Below are positions 28,027-38,065 of a stretch of DNA of 46,449 nucleotides, in pieces. The position numbers were made by a program, and so were the translations under genes. The stretch comes from Phycisphaerales bacterium. Its GTDB lineage: Bacteria > Planctomycetota > Phycisphaerae > WQYP01. Within the stretch, counting starts at the first letter, position 1, and every line of letters starts with the position of its first letter. The notes beneath the pieces are model-generated. The model did no database searches and had not been told where the DNA came from. It worked only from the letters and a program-made list of their open reading frames with translations. The stretch lies in contig DAHXKZ010000379.1 of NCBI GenBank assembly GCA_027366125.1, positions 1-46,449 on the forward strand. Direction: 5' to 3'.

Positions 28027-30045
28027 TCACGCTGCCGCAGGGGTCGTTGCAGGCGCCGGCAGGCACTGTCCCACCGGCGCGGTTTGGCCTATTCCTGGAT
28101 CGGGCGGCTGCGGGGCCGCGCCGTGTTCGGGCTGCCAGGGGCGCATCTCAGGAATAATTTTGCAGAGTGCGGACAGCGCCACGGCCCGATCCGTGCAATA
28201 GGCCAGCGGCTGGAGAGTCTCCAGCATGCCCATAACCCGCGCCCAGGGCTGCGCGGCGCTTTTCCAGATGGCAATTTTCGGGTGCGGCGTTGGCAGCATG
28301 TCTTCGCCGGTGACGGACAATTCCTCGAACAGCTTTTCTCCGGGGCGCAGGCCGGTGAAGACGATGGGAACGTCGATCTCCGGGCGCAGTCCGCAGAGCA
28401 CAATTAAATCCCGCGCCAGGTCCAGGATGCGCACCGGCTCGCCCATGTCTAATAGGAAAATCTCGCCTCCTTTTCCCAGGGCTGCCGCCTGCAGCACCAG
28501 TTGGGCGGCTTCGGGAATCGTCATAAAATAGCGGCGCATTTCCGGGTGGGTCACCGTCACGGGACCCCCGGCGGCAATTTGTTGCGTAAAAATCGGCGCC
28601 ACCGAGCCATTGCTGTTGAGTACGTTGCCGAAGCGCACAGTGGTAAATCGCGTGGCGCTGCGGCCAGCCAGGGCCTGGATGTAAATTTCGGCGCAGCGTT
28701 TGGTGGCGCCCATGATGCTGGTGGGATTCACCGCTTTGTCCGTGCTGATCATCACAAAGCGGCGCACGCCCGCGGCCATGGCCGCATCGGCCAGCGTGCG
28801 CGTTCCGATGATGTTGTTACGAATGGCCTCGCCACTGTTGCTTTCCGCCAGCGGTACATGTTTGTGTGCGGCGGCATGAAAGACCACGGCCGGCCGGTGA
28901 TCGGAAAAAATCTGTGCGATGCGCACGGCGTCGGTGACGTCGCCAATTTCAGGCGCCAATGGCAACGCGGGAAAATTACGCCGCAGTTCCCGATGGATTT
29001 CAAACACGCCGTTCTCGGCTTTGTCCAACAGCACCAATGTGCGCGGCGCGAACCCGCTGATCACGCGGCAAAGTTCCGAGCCGATCGACCCACCCGCCCC
29101 GGTCACCAGCACGGTGCGATCCCGGAGCATGTCGCCCACGGCGGCCAAATCCAGTTCCACGCTGGGGCGGCCCAGCAGATCATTGGGGTTCACATCGCGC
29201 GCCTGTTGCATCACCGGAATGCCGGCCAGCATTTCCTTAAAGCTGGGGGCAATGCGGAAACGCACCGGGGCGGCGTTGCCGGCCGCGCGTTCCCCGCCGA
29301 ACGATCCCGCGCCGCCTTGCGCGGTTCGGCAGAGGCCCACGATTCTTTGCATGTCGCGGCGTTGGTGCGTGGGGATCGTAATGAGTATCTCCGCCACGCG
29401 TTCGCGGCGGCAAATTGCGGGCAGTTGGTCGATGGTTCCCAGCACCGGTGCGCCGTGCAGGCGCAGACGCTGCTTGGCCGGCGAATCATCCAACATGCCC
29501 ACCACCACGTATCGGCGCTCCGGCAGGCGGTTGATTTCCCGAAGTATCGCTTCGGCCTCGTTGCCGGCGCCAATGAGTAACAGGCGCACCAACCCCGCTG
29601 CGGCCGCCGGGCGGCTTTGCTCAAACGCCAGGCGGATGGCCAGTTGCATGGCGCCCTGCAGACTAATGGTGAGCAGAAAATTCAGGACGAAAATGGTCAG
29701 AGGGAAGCCGGCCACGGGCTCTTGAATATGCAGTGCTGGGGCGCAGATGCGCCAGAGCAAATAGCCGGAAAAAACCAGGGCCAGGGAAATTTGGGCGGTG
29801 GCGAACAGATTTAATAAATCCGGCAGCCCGGTGTAACGCCAGCAGCGGCGGCAGGCGCGCGTGAGCAGCCAGATGCCCAGTTGCGTGCCGGCCACGCCAG
29901 GCAACAACTGCCAGAACACCCGCGCCGGGACAAAGGCCTGGTGCGGCGTGGTTAGCCGAAAATCACAGAAAATACCTACAGACAGAAACCATGCGGCACA
30001 GACCACCGCGGCGCTGGCAAGCGGTTTAAGCAGGTCGGCAGCCAT
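28027..30045 (-). CDS. Nucleoside-diphosphate-sugar 4,6-dehydratase, CapD/PglF/WbpM family
   Basis: 4 N-terminal TMs, IGAG, DLLGR, VTGAGGSIGSEL, HAAAHKHVP, STDKAVNP, RFGNVL, RPGEKLFEEL. Confidence 0.95.
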   Translation of the reverse strand: MAADLLKPLASAAVVCAAWFLSVGIFCDFRLTTPHQAFVPARVFWQLLPGVAGTQLGIWLLTRACRRCWRYTGLPDLLNLFATAQISLALVFSGYLLWRICAPALHIQEPVAGFPLTIFVLNFLLTISLQGAMQLAIRLAFEQSRPAAAAGLVRLLLIGAGNEAEAILREINRLPERRYVVVGMLDDSPAKQRLRLHGAPVLGTIDQLPAICRRERVAEILITIPTHQRRDMQRIVGLCRTAQGGAGSFGGERAAGNAAPVRFRIAPSFKEMLAGIPVMQQARDVNPNDLLGRPSVELDLAAVGDMLRDRTVLVTGAGGSIGSELCRVISGFAPRTLVLLDKAENGVFEIHRELRRNFPALPLAPEIGDVTDAVRIAQIFSDHRPAVVFHAAAHKHVPLAESNSGEAIRNNIIGTRTLADAAMAAGVRRFVMISTDKAVNPTSIMGATKRCAEIYIQALAGRSATRFTTVRFGNVLNSNGSVAPIFTQQIAAGGPVTVTHPEMRRYFMTIPEAAQLVLQAAALGKGGEIFLLDMGEPVRILDLARDLIVLCGLRPEIDVPIVFTGLRPGEKLFEELSVTGEDMLPTPHPKIAIWKSAAQPWARVMGMLETLQPLAYCTDRAVALSALCKIIPEMRPWQPEHGAAPQPPDPGIGQTAPVGQCLPAPATTPAAA

Positions 30046-30142
30046 GATTCCGCCGCGTAGGCGCCGGGCGCGACAGGTCTTGGGTTCAGGGGTTGAAAGT
30101 GCAGGCCACAGGCGTTGTTATCGGCCATTTCAGGTGGGGTCT

Positions 30143-30472
30143 TTAACGCGCCGGCAGCCGCACGCGCAGCGGCCGGCCATGCATAGCAGGTGGGGCCGGC
30201 GCCCGCACGGTCGCAGCCCGGCCACGCAACTGCGGCCCTGCAGGCCTCAACGCGGGCATAGCCGCCCGGCCGGATGCGGGGACGTGATGGGCCGCCGGCG
30301 AAGCAGCCCTTGCGGCCTGAATTTTGTGATCGCGCTCACCCAAGTACAGGAGGCCGACCAAAACCAGCAGTGCGATGACCACCTCCACGGGGTAGCCATC
30401 CTGGATGCCCGGCGTAAGCGCGGGAGTCGCCGGCGGTGTGGCCGTGGTTGGAGCGTCGGTGGTGGTGGCCAT
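30143..30472 (-). CDS. Small single-TM hypothetical protein
   Basis: AGGA RBS, Thr/Pro-rich N-terminus, one TM helix; co-oriented between lspA and the capD-like gene. Confidence 0.55.
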   Translation of the reverse strand: MATTTDAPTTATPPATPALTPGIQDGYPVEVVIALLVLVGLLYLGERDHKIQAARAASPAAHHVPASGRAAMPALRPAGPQLRGRAATVRAPAPPAMHGRPLRVRLPAR

Positions 30473-30508
30473 GCTAAATTCCTGGCGTTTGTAAACAGAA
30501 AAAATAGT

Positions 30509-31048
30509 CTATACCTGTTGCACTGGCTCGGCGGGCTGTTCCGCGGGCTGCTTTTGAAACGTCCAACAGAGCATTAGCAGCGGCACGCCAATGCAGAGCA
30601 TGGTGTCGGCAATATTGAAATCAAAGGGCCAGAATCGTGGCAGCAACAAAATGAAGTCGCGCACCTGACCGCCGTTAAACGCCCGGTCATACAGGTTTCC
30701 CAAGGCCCCGGCAAGGATTAAACCCAGGGCCACATGCAGAATTCTTTGGGCGGCGTTACTGAATACAAAAACGTAGGTGATGAAGATCAGCGCCAGCAGG
30801 CTGACCAGGATGAACAGCGCCGGATGCCCGGGTCCAAGGCCAAATACCCCGCCCGGGTTCAACGTGGTCGAAAAATAAAGCACGTGGGGCAGAACCGTGA
30901 CTTCGTGCGGGCGCGGACCGGCGAGCTTCTTGAATGCGACCCACTTTGTCCAAAGGTCCAAAGCCAGCCCGCAGGTGGCAATACCGACAAACCGCACCCA
31001 CGCTGGCAACGAAGCCCAGGCCTTCAATTCCGGAGATGGTTGCGCCAT
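30509..31048 (-). CDS. lspA: Lipoprotein signal peptidase II
   Basis: DLWTK, NPGGVFG, GALGNLYDR, VRDFI, FNIAD. Confidence 0.95.
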   Translation of the reverse strand: MAQPSPELKAWASLPAWVRFVGIATCGLALDLWTKWVAFKKLAGPRPHEVTVLPHVLYFSTTLNPGGVFGLGPGHPALFILVSLLALIFITYVFVFSNAAQRILHVALGLILAGALGNLYDRAFNGGQVRDFILLLPRFWPFDFNIADTMLCIGVPLLMLCWTFQKQPAEQPAEPVQQV

Positions 31049-31209
31049 AAATGGGCCTGCCTGCGGTAGAATTTTCCGTGTTCAATGATGCGGCGATCAT
31101 TAGTGGCCGAAACCAGACCGCTACCTGAACACAAAATGGGCTGCCCTGCGTAACTATCGCCCGGAAAGTTGGCCTGATGCAGGCCAAAAATGGAAAGCCC
31201 AATGGCCAG

Positions 31210-31977
31210 TTATTCTTCTTCCTCTTCAGCGGATTCGCTTTCGGCTGACTCGGCTTCATTTTCTGGACGAACCAGGCCTTTTTCCAACATACGCGTGTAT
31301 TCAATGGAATACTTGGCCCACGGTTTGGCGTCCAGCCGCGGCTTGCCGATAGCTGCGCCGGTGGCCACACAGATGCCAAAGGTACCGTCTTCAATTCGGG
31401 CCAATGCTTCTTGAATTTCCCGCAGCAGCTGGCGTTCGCTTTCGATGAGGCCCAGGGTAAATTCCTGCTCGAAGTTGTCGGTGCCGACATCCGCCATGTG
31501 CATGGGCATGTTGGAAAGATTTTGACCGCCTTTGAAGGCTTCATTTTCCATCGAGCCAACGTCGCCGATAAGTTCGCGGCGCTTTTCCAGCAATTGTTCG
31601 CGAAAGCGGTCCAAGTCGGACTTGGTCAAACCATTACTGCCCTTCCCCGCCGACGGTACATGTTTGGTGGCAATGGGCGTCACTTGTGGCGTGCTTTTTG
31701 TGGTATGGGCCAAATGCGCCGGCCGGGCTGGCGCCTTGGCGCCGCCGCCGGCGGCACTCCCGCTTTTGCCAGTGCCATTAATTTTCGGAGTTTTCCGCGT
31801 GGGCGTTGGTTCCTTTGAGGCCAGCTTGGGCCGCACCGTGCGCATTGGCGTTTTGGTCTTGGCCCGCAGTTGGTTTTTAGGCGCTCTGGAGGCGCTGGCC
31901 TTTTTCACCGAAGAGCGAACCACCTTGGAGGGCGCCGATTTTCGACGTTTAACAACGCGCAAAGACTTGCCTGGCAT
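31210..31977 (-). CDS. dksA: DksA/TraR family protein with basic N-terminal extension
   Basis: HMADVGTD coiled-coil tip, ALARIEDGTFGIC..IGKPRLDAKPWA. Confidence 0.88.
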   Translation of the reverse strand: MPGKSLRVVKRRKSAPSKVVRSSVKKASASRAPKNQLRAKTKTPMRTVRPKLASKEPTPTRKTPKINGTGKSGSAAGGGAKAPARPAHLAHTTKSTPQVTPIATKHVPSAGKGSNGLTKSDLDRFREQLLEKRRELIGDVGSMENEAFKGGQNLSNMPMHMADVGTDNFEQEFTLGLIESERQLLREIQEALARIEDGTFGICVATGAAIGKPRLDAKPWAKYSIEYTRMLEKGLVRPENEAESAESESAEEEEE

Positions 31978-32273
31978 CGCAAAGCTCACTACAAGTAAGG
32001 GCAGCGGAACATGCCGCCAACATGTCGCAGCGCACAAAAACGCCGAGTCTGGTTACTTTAACATGCTTGCCCGCGATGTCAACAACGCCCTGATGTGAAA
32101 CGTCTATCGAATCGCGTTGCGCCGCCCCAGCGACCTCAGAGAGCTTTTTATGGGGCATCGGCCATGGCGGCTGTTGGGCCAGGAACCGGCCTATCATTCG
32201 CCGTCGCGAAACCGGGCTGTTTGGCTTTAGGTTTTTCCTGGACCGGTCCGTAATTTTTTCGGATTATTTTGCT

Positions 32274-33617
32274 ATGAAATATGATGTGATTGTGGTCGGC
32301 GCAGGCGCAGCGGGCCTGGCGGCCGCCGGTGATTTGGCGTTCCACGGATTCAACGTGCTGCTGCTGGAAGCGCGAGAGCGGGCCGGCGGGCGTATTTTCA
32401 CCGTCGCCCACGGGCCACAAGCTGCCGCAGCGGTGGATTTGGGGGCCGAATTTATACACGGGCGGCCGGGGCAGACGTTCGCCATTACCCGCGCTGCCAG
32501 CCTGCCGGTTTACGAGACCGGCGGCACGCACCTTTTTCAAAATGGGCCCGGCATTGCGCCGCGCGGCGATTTCTGGCAACAGGTTGAACCGGTGCTGGAC
32601 GGTCTGGCGACGGCCCATGGCCAGGAAAGCTTTGCCGCATACGCCCAGAGGAAATTTCCCGGCGCCACCAATTTACGTCGACGCGAGGCCGCCACGAGCT
32701 ATGTGGAAGGGTTCAATGCCGCCGAGGCGCGGATCATCAGCGCGCGCGAATTGGCATTGGAACAAAAGATGGCTGAAAAAATTGATGAGCAGCGATCGTT
32801 TCGCATCGTCGGCGGGTATGGGCAGTTGATCGCGGCCATGCTTAAAAACTTAGGCGGGCGGGTGGAATTGAAAATGGGCCGCCCGGTGGACCAAATTCAT
32901 TGGACGCGCGGCGGAGTGCGGGTTGCAACCACCGGAGCATTGGGCAACCAGGAAACCCATTTCGCCGCCAAGTTGCTGCTGACGGTTCCGTTGGGGGTGC
33001 TGCAACAGCCGGCAACCGCGGCGAGCGCACTGCGTTTTACGCCGGAGCTTCCTGCGGATAAGCAGCGGGCCGCGCAACGGTTGGCGATGGGCGCCGTGGT
33101 GAAGTTGGTGTTTGGTTTCCGGGCGCCGTTTTGGGAGGAACTGCCGGAAAAAAGCTATCGGCCGCTGCTGTTTGACATGGGCTTTCTGCACGTTCGCCCC
33201 GCGGCGTTCCCGGCATGGTGGACGATGGCGCCGCTGCGCACGAATTTTTTAACAGCATGGGCGGGCGGGGCGGCGGCCTTAAAGTTAAAGAGCCTTCCGC
33301 GCGAGCAACTGGCCCGGCAGGCCATTAATGAATTGGCGGACGTGCTGCGCGTGAAGCGCACGACGGTGGCCGGGCTGGTTGACAGAATGTACTGGCACAA
33401 CTGGCAGGAAGACCCGTTTTCATGCGGGGCGTACAGTTATGTCCCCTTCAACGCCCGGGGCATGCGAAAAGCGTTGGCCGAGCCGATCGACAACACGCTG
33501 TATTTTGCGGGGGAAGCCACGGAACACACCGGCCTGGCCAGCACGGTGGCGGGGGCCATCGCCAGTGGTCAGCGCGCGGCGGCGGAGATCGCGGCGGCGC
33601 ATGAGCCGACGCGTTAA
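32274..33617 (+). CDS. Flavin monoamine oxidase family protein
   Basis: VGAGAAGL, EARERAGGRI, LGAEFIHG, GAYSY, FAGEAT, GAIASG. Confidence 0.92.
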   Translation: MKYDVIVVGAGAAGLAAAGDLAFHGFNVLLLEARERAGGRIFTVAHGPQAAAAVDLGAEFIHGRPGQTFAITRAASLPVYETGGTHLFQNGPGIAPRGDFWQQVEPVLDGLATAHGQESFAAYAQRKFPGATNLRRREAATSYVEGFNAAEARIISARELALEQKMAEKIDEQRSFRIVGGYGQLIAAMLKNLGGRVELKMGRPVDQIHWTRGGVRVATTGALGNQETHFAAKLLLTVPLGVLQQPATAASALRFTPELPADKQRAAQRLAMGAVVKLVFGFRAPFWEELPEKSYRPLLFDMGFLHVRPAAFPAWWTMAPLRTNFLTAWAGGAAALKLKSLPREQLARQAINELADVLRVKRTTVAGLVDRMYWHNWQEDPFSCGAYSYVPFNARGMRKALAEPIDNTLYFAGEATEHTGLASTVAGAIASGQRAAAEIAAAHEPTR

Positions 33618-33735
33618 AGTTTCGCGGCTTTCGCCGGCGCGTTGTCGGCCGTGGCGCGTGGGTTTAGAATCGGAGTCTTTCGTATGCGGACTGGCGTTTT
33701 GGCTCGGCCGGAACACCTTAATAAAGGCTTCGACG

Positions 33736-34740
33736 ATGGTATCAGATGAAATTGCGGCGCCCGCCGGCGCTGCGTCAGGCACGCCCGGCTCGGTCGCGGA
33801 GCATTTTGCCGACCGCCTGCTGCGCGCCATTGAAGAAAAGGGCACGCCGCTGGTGGTGGGGCTGGATCCAGTTTATTCACAATTGCCGCCGGGCCTGCTG
33901 CAAGAGTTGGCTCTGGACGACCCCGACGATTCTGAAGCGGTGGTGGATGGCTTGTTGGAATTTTCGCGGCGCGTCATACGCCAGGTGGCTCCGGTGGTCG
34001 CCGCGGTGAAACTAAACATCGCCTGTTTTGAACCGTATCTCTGGGATGGCTATGAAGCGTACAACAGTCTGGTGCAGGAAGCCGCCGGCAACGGGCTGAT
34101 TGTCATCGGCGATGTGAAACGCGGGGATGTGGGCCATACTGCGCAGCAATATGCGCAGGCCACGCTGGCCAATCCCACCTTTTCCGGAATGCAGGATATG
34201 GTGAACCCCGATGCGGTGACGGTGAATTCTTATTTTGGAAGCGATGGCATCGACCCGTTCGTGCGGGCGGCAGGCGCCAGCGGCAAGGGCGTGTTTACGC
34301 TGGTGCGCACCAGCAATCCCAGCAGCGGGCAGGTGCAGGAAATTATCGCGCAGGACGGGCAGCCTGTTTATATGCACGTGGCAAAGCTCGTTGAACAATG
34401 GGGGGCGCCCTACATTGGCGCCCGCGGTTACAGCCTGCTGGGCGCGGTGGTCGGGGCCACGCACGGTCAGCAGCTTGCGGCGCTACGCCAAGCCATGCCG
34501 CGTACGTTGTTTTTGGTTCCGGGCTACGGCGCCCAGGGCGGAACCGCCGCCGATGTGGCCGGCGCGTTCAAACCGGACGGAACCGGGGCGATCATTAATG
34601 CAGGCCGGTCGATTATCTTCGCGTACAATCAGGGGCCATGGAAGCCGCAGAATCCTGATGATTGGCAACAAAGTATTGCCGGCGCACTGGGCCAGGCGCG
34701 GCGCGAAATTGCCGGCGTGTTGCCCAGGCGGCCGGCCTAA
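33736..34740 (+). CDS. pyrF: Orotidine-5'-phosphate decarboxylase
   Basis: VGLDP, DVKRGDVG, RTSNP, VVGAT, LVPGYGAQGG. Confidence 0.96.
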   Translation: MVSDEIAAPAGAASGTPGSVAEHFADRLLRAIEEKGTPLVVGLDPVYSQLPPGLLQELALDDPDDSEAVVDGLLEFSRRVIRQVAPVVAAVKLNIACFEPYLWDGYEAYNSLVQEAAGNGLIVIGDVKRGDVGHTAQQYAQATLANPTFSGMQDMVNPDAVTVNSYFGSDGIDPFVRAAGASGKGVFTLVRTSNPSSGQVQEIIAQDGQPVYMHVAKLVEQWGAPYIGARGYSLLGAVVGATHGQQLAALRQAMPRTLFLVPGYGAQGGTAADVAGAFKPDGTGAIINAGRSIIFAYNQGPWKPQNPDDWQQSIAGALGQARREIAGVLPRRPA

Positions 34741-34803
34741 AAACTGACAACGTTTTTGCCTGCCGGCCAATATCATTCTGTTACGCCGCGAAAGAATTTC
34801 TCC

Positions 34804-35748
34804 ATGCCACCGCCCCCATTAAACATTCAGGACGCATTTTCTGTCAAGGGCCAGGCGGTGGTGGTCACCGGCGCGGGCGGCCTGATCGGCGCGGTGATTG
34901 CCGAGGCGTTCGCGGTCAACGGCGCGGCCGTGCTTTTGCACGACCATCTGGAGAAGAAAAAACTCCACGAAAAATGCGATGAGTTAGCTGGCCGCGGATT
35001 TCCGGTGGCGGGCTTTGCGGCGGATTTGGCCCAGCCCGAAGAACTTCGCAAAATCATCCCCGAGACGATCAAGCAGTTCGGCGCCGTGCATACGCTGGTC
35101 AATTGCGCGGGCATTCCCGGCTCGCGGGCCTTGGGCCGGGAAAATGAGCATGACTTCGACCGCCTGTACCACGTTAACGTCCGCGCTCTGTGGCTGCTGA
35201 CCCAGGAAGCGGCGGGGCCCATGAAAACCGCAGGTGGCGGGGCGGTGGTGAACATTGCATCGATCAACGGACATCGGGCCACGTTTCCCTGCAGCTTGTA
35301 CGGCGGGACCAAGGCCGCCGTGCTGAACATGACCAGGGAAATGGCCGTTGAATTGGCTCCACAGAATATTCGGGTTAATAGCATTAGTCCCGGCTGGATT
35401 CAGCCTGGCGGCGACCGATTCAAAGCCGTGAAGCAGGCGCTTACGCCGCCTTTCGCCGAGGCCTTTGAACGCCAGTTCGGCCCTATGATGCAAGGGAAAG
35501 GCATGCAGTTTCAGCCGACCGCGGGATCGGGCGCCCCGCCCGACGTGGCCATGGCGGTCATATACCTCAGCAGCCCCGCGGCGCGGTTTATCACCGGCGC
35601 GGATATTTTAGTAGACGGCGGTCTGCTGCACCAATTCCCGTTTCACCTGGAGTCCCGCCAAATACGCTGGAAGGCCCTGCGCCGCCACCTGCGCAAACTG
35701 CCCGCGGAGGCCTGGATCGCCGGACGTCCGGCATGGATGTCCGATTAA
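34804..35748 (+). CDS. Short-chain dehydrogenase/reductase
   Basis: TGAGGLIG, NCAG, YGGTK, IRVNSISPG, VDGG. Confidence 0.93.
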   Translation: MPPPPLNIQDAFSVKGQAVVVTGAGGLIGAVIAEAFAVNGAAVLLHDHLEKKKLHEKCDELAGRGFPVAGFAADLAQPEELRKIIPETIKQFGAVHTLVNCAGIPGSRALGRENEHDFDRLYHVNVRALWLLTQEAAGPMKTAGGGAVVNIASINGHRATFPCSLYGGTKAAVLNMTREMAVELAPQNIRVNSISPGWIQPGGDRFKAVKQALTPPFAEAFERQFGPMMQGKGMQFQPTAGSGAPPDVAMAVIYLSSPAARFITGADILVDGGLLHQFPFHLESRQIRWKALRRHLRKLPAEAWIAGRPAWMSD

Positions 35749-35908
35749 AGGCGCTGTGGCAATAAATTCTGTCGACAGAACCAACCATGCGCGGTCGCCG
35801 GCGTCCAATTCATCGTGCAATTACTGTCGCGCGTTGACGTTAAACTTCAGAGCGGCTTACCGTTGTTCCATCTGTCGGCACGTTCAAATTCCCTGATTGG
35901 AGGCTGCA

Positions 35909-37549
35909 ATGGCGGCGAGAAAACGTACTTCACGGCGAGAGTTTTTGGCCTTCAGCACGGCAGTCGCGGCGGCCACCGCCGCCGGGATGGGTCAAAAAGG
36001 TGGGGCAGCGATGGGCGCCTCGGTGGTTTCCGGCTCCGGCAACCCCCTGCAGTTATGGCTCTATTATTCCACTAATTTATTAGTACCGCGCAATATAGAC
36101 GCGTTGGAGAAGGTCTGGCGCAAGGCCGCCCGGATCGGCTATTCGCACATTTTGCTGACCGACAGCAAATTTGCGATTTTGGGCAGCCTGGGCGGAAATC
36201 GCCCAAAATATCTGGCCCATGTTAAACGCGTGCGGGAAATCGCCGCCGACCTGCATCTGCAACTTGCGCCCACGGTCTTTCAACTTGGTTACTCCAATGA
36301 TTTGTTGGCCAACAACCCACATCTGGCCGAAGGGCTGCCGGTGCGGAACGTGTCCTTCGTGGTGCATGGGCAGGTGGGTCGCGTGGCGGCGGATCCCGCG
36401 GCGAACCTCTCGGCCAAGCCGGACTGGCATGATCCCACCGTACATGTTCATGGCCACACGGCGACCATCCACAGCCCGCATGCCAATGCCCGAATATCCT
36501 TTCAACGGCAGTTAAAACCATTTCACGCCTACCACGTTAGTCTGGAAATCCGAACCGACGGCTTCTCCCGTGCGCCCAAGCTCGCGGCGCTTGGAAAGAA
36601 CAACCGCAATCTTCAATATGAGGACATAAAAACAAAGCCGCATCAGCCGTGGCAACGTTATGATCTGGTGTTTAATACCCTGGAAGAAACCGACATAAAA
36701 TTATATTTGGGAACGTGGGGCAAATCGAATGGCACGCTGGAACTGCGGAACTGGACCATGGAGGTCGCGGGCCTCGTAAACCCGCTGGGCCGGCCCGGCG
36801 CGCCAACCGTGGTGCGCGGGTATCGGCCGGGAAGCGATTACCTGCCGATCTCCGACCCGCTTCTGGGCATGCAACCCTACCGCGGCCAGTACCAGCCCTG
36901 GCACAAACCCGTGGACATTCATTTTATTAGAAAAATTCCGGACGGGACGCGGGTCGAGGTTTCCTGGTTTTATCCGCCGATTATTTATGGGGGTGAAGTG
37001 ACCGCGTGCCCCAGTTCACCGGAGATGCGGCGTCTGTTTGCCCAGGAAGCGCGCGACATGCGCAACGTGCTTCCGACCCATGGATACATGATGGACTTCG
37101 ATGAAATCCGCACGCTCAATCAAGACGATTCATGCCGAAAACTGCACAAAACCGCGGGGGAAATATTGGCGTCCACAACGCGGTATTGCACCGATCTTCT
37201 GCACGGCGCCCAGAGCTACACATGGACCGACATGTTCGACCCGTTCCATAACGCGCACGACCATTATTTTCTGGTGCGCGGAACTCTGGCCGGCTCATGG
37301 AAGGGACTTTCTCCGGAAACCATCGTGTTCAACTGGAACGGCCCGCAGCGAGTGAAGTCGTTGCGGTGGTTCGAGCGCCTTGGCAACAAACAAATCATCG
37401 CAACCTATTACGATGCCCCGCTGTCCCATACCCAGGCCTGGGTGCGCGCCGCCAAAGGCATCAAAGGCGTTCTGGGCTATATGTACACGACATGGTCCAA
37501 TGATTACAAGCAAATTGAGCCATTCGCGAAGCTGGTGCGCGGCGGGTAA
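35909..37549 (+). CDS. Tat-exported protein, putative glycoside hydrolase (GH20-like barrel with inserted carbohydrate-binding-like domain)
   Basis: SRREFL twin-arginine signal, GGAGG RBS; MDFDEIR, WTDMFDP, FNWN and GYMYTTW recall GH20-type barrel strands. Confidence 0.6.
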   Translation: MAARKRTSRREFLAFSTAVAAATAAGMGQKGGAAMGASVVSGSGNPLQLWLYYSTNLLVPRNIDALEKVWRKAARIGYSHILLTDSKFAILGSLGGNRPKYLAHVKRVREIAADLHLQLAPTVFQLGYSNDLLANNPHLAEGLPVRNVSFVVHGQVGRVAADPAANLSAKPDWHDPTVHVHGHTATIHSPHANARISFQRQLKPFHAYHVSLEIRTDGFSRAPKLAALGKNNRNLQYEDIKTKPHQPWQRYDLVFNTLEETDIKLYLGTWGKSNGTLELRNWTMEVAGLVNPLGRPGAPTVVRGYRPGSDYLPISDPLLGMQPYRGQYQPWHKPVDIHFIRKIPDGTRVEVSWFYPPIIYGGEVTACPSSPEMRRLFAQEARDMRNVLPTHGYMMDFDEIRTLNQDDSCRKLHKTAGEILASTTRYCTDLLHGAQSYTWTDMFDPFHNAHDHYFLVRGTLAGSWKGLSPETIVFNWNGPQRVKSLRWFERLGNKQIIATYYDAPLSHTQAWVRAAKGIKGVLGYMYTTWSNDYKQIEPFAKLVRGG

Positions 37550-37579
37550 AAGGGGGGGCGGCCATCTTGGCCATATCGT

Positions 37580-37607
37580 GCGACAATAAATTGAGCCCGG
37601 CGGCAAA
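37580..37607 (+). repeat. 28-bp exact copy of vapC coding sequence (40420-40447)
   Basis: GCGACAATAAATTGAGCCCGGCGGCAAA is identical at both sites. Confidence 0.95.
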
Positions 37608-37732
37608 CTGCGGTGGCTACGGTTGGACCGGATCCCATGAACCGATCGGCAATTAAGCCATCGCCCGGCGGCCCATCAGCCGAGGCGCCTGGCATGGAAC
37701 AGAAAATGGAGCAAAGGGCGCGGTAACAAACA

Positions 37733-37761
37733 TTGACCCCTTCGTGTTGTCGCGATAGCGT
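37733..37761 (+). promoter_or_regulatory. Putative sigma70 promoter for parDE
   Basis: TTGACC-N17-TAGCGT. Confidence 0.45.
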
Positions 37762-37792
37762 CGTTTAATTGTGCGATTCATGGAGCAGACGT

Positions 37793-38065
37793 ATGAATGT
37801 ATCGCTGACGCCGGAACTAAAGAATTTTGTGGAAAAGCAGGTTAGCTCGGGGCATTACCAGACTGCCAGCGAGGTCGTTCGGGCGGCGTTAAGCTGCCTA
37901 CAGGAGGATCAGTTTGGATCCTCCGCGAAAACGCGCAGGCTGGCGGATCTCGAAAAACGATTACTGGCCGCGGTAACAGACGTGGACGCGAAAAAAGGGG
38001 TTGATGGCCGCGTGGTGTTCCGCCGAATGCGGCAACGGATAAAGGGGGTCCGTGCCGGAGCCTGA
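37793..38065 (+). CDS. parD: ParD-family antitoxin (RHH)
   Basis: MNVSLTPEL..VSSGHYQTASEVVRAAL signature. Confidence 0.92.
   Translation: MNVSLTPELKNFVEKQVSSGHYQTASEVVRAALSCLQEDQFGSSAKTRRLADLEKRLLAAVTDVDAKKGVDGRVVFRRMRQRIKGVRAGA

Noticed and set aside
33379-33735. Long N-terminal extensions in the ORF track for pyrF, and also coxC, trxA, crcB and dksA
   Set aside because: They overlap neighbouring genes or promoters; downstream starts fit family lengths and, in most cases, have an RBS.
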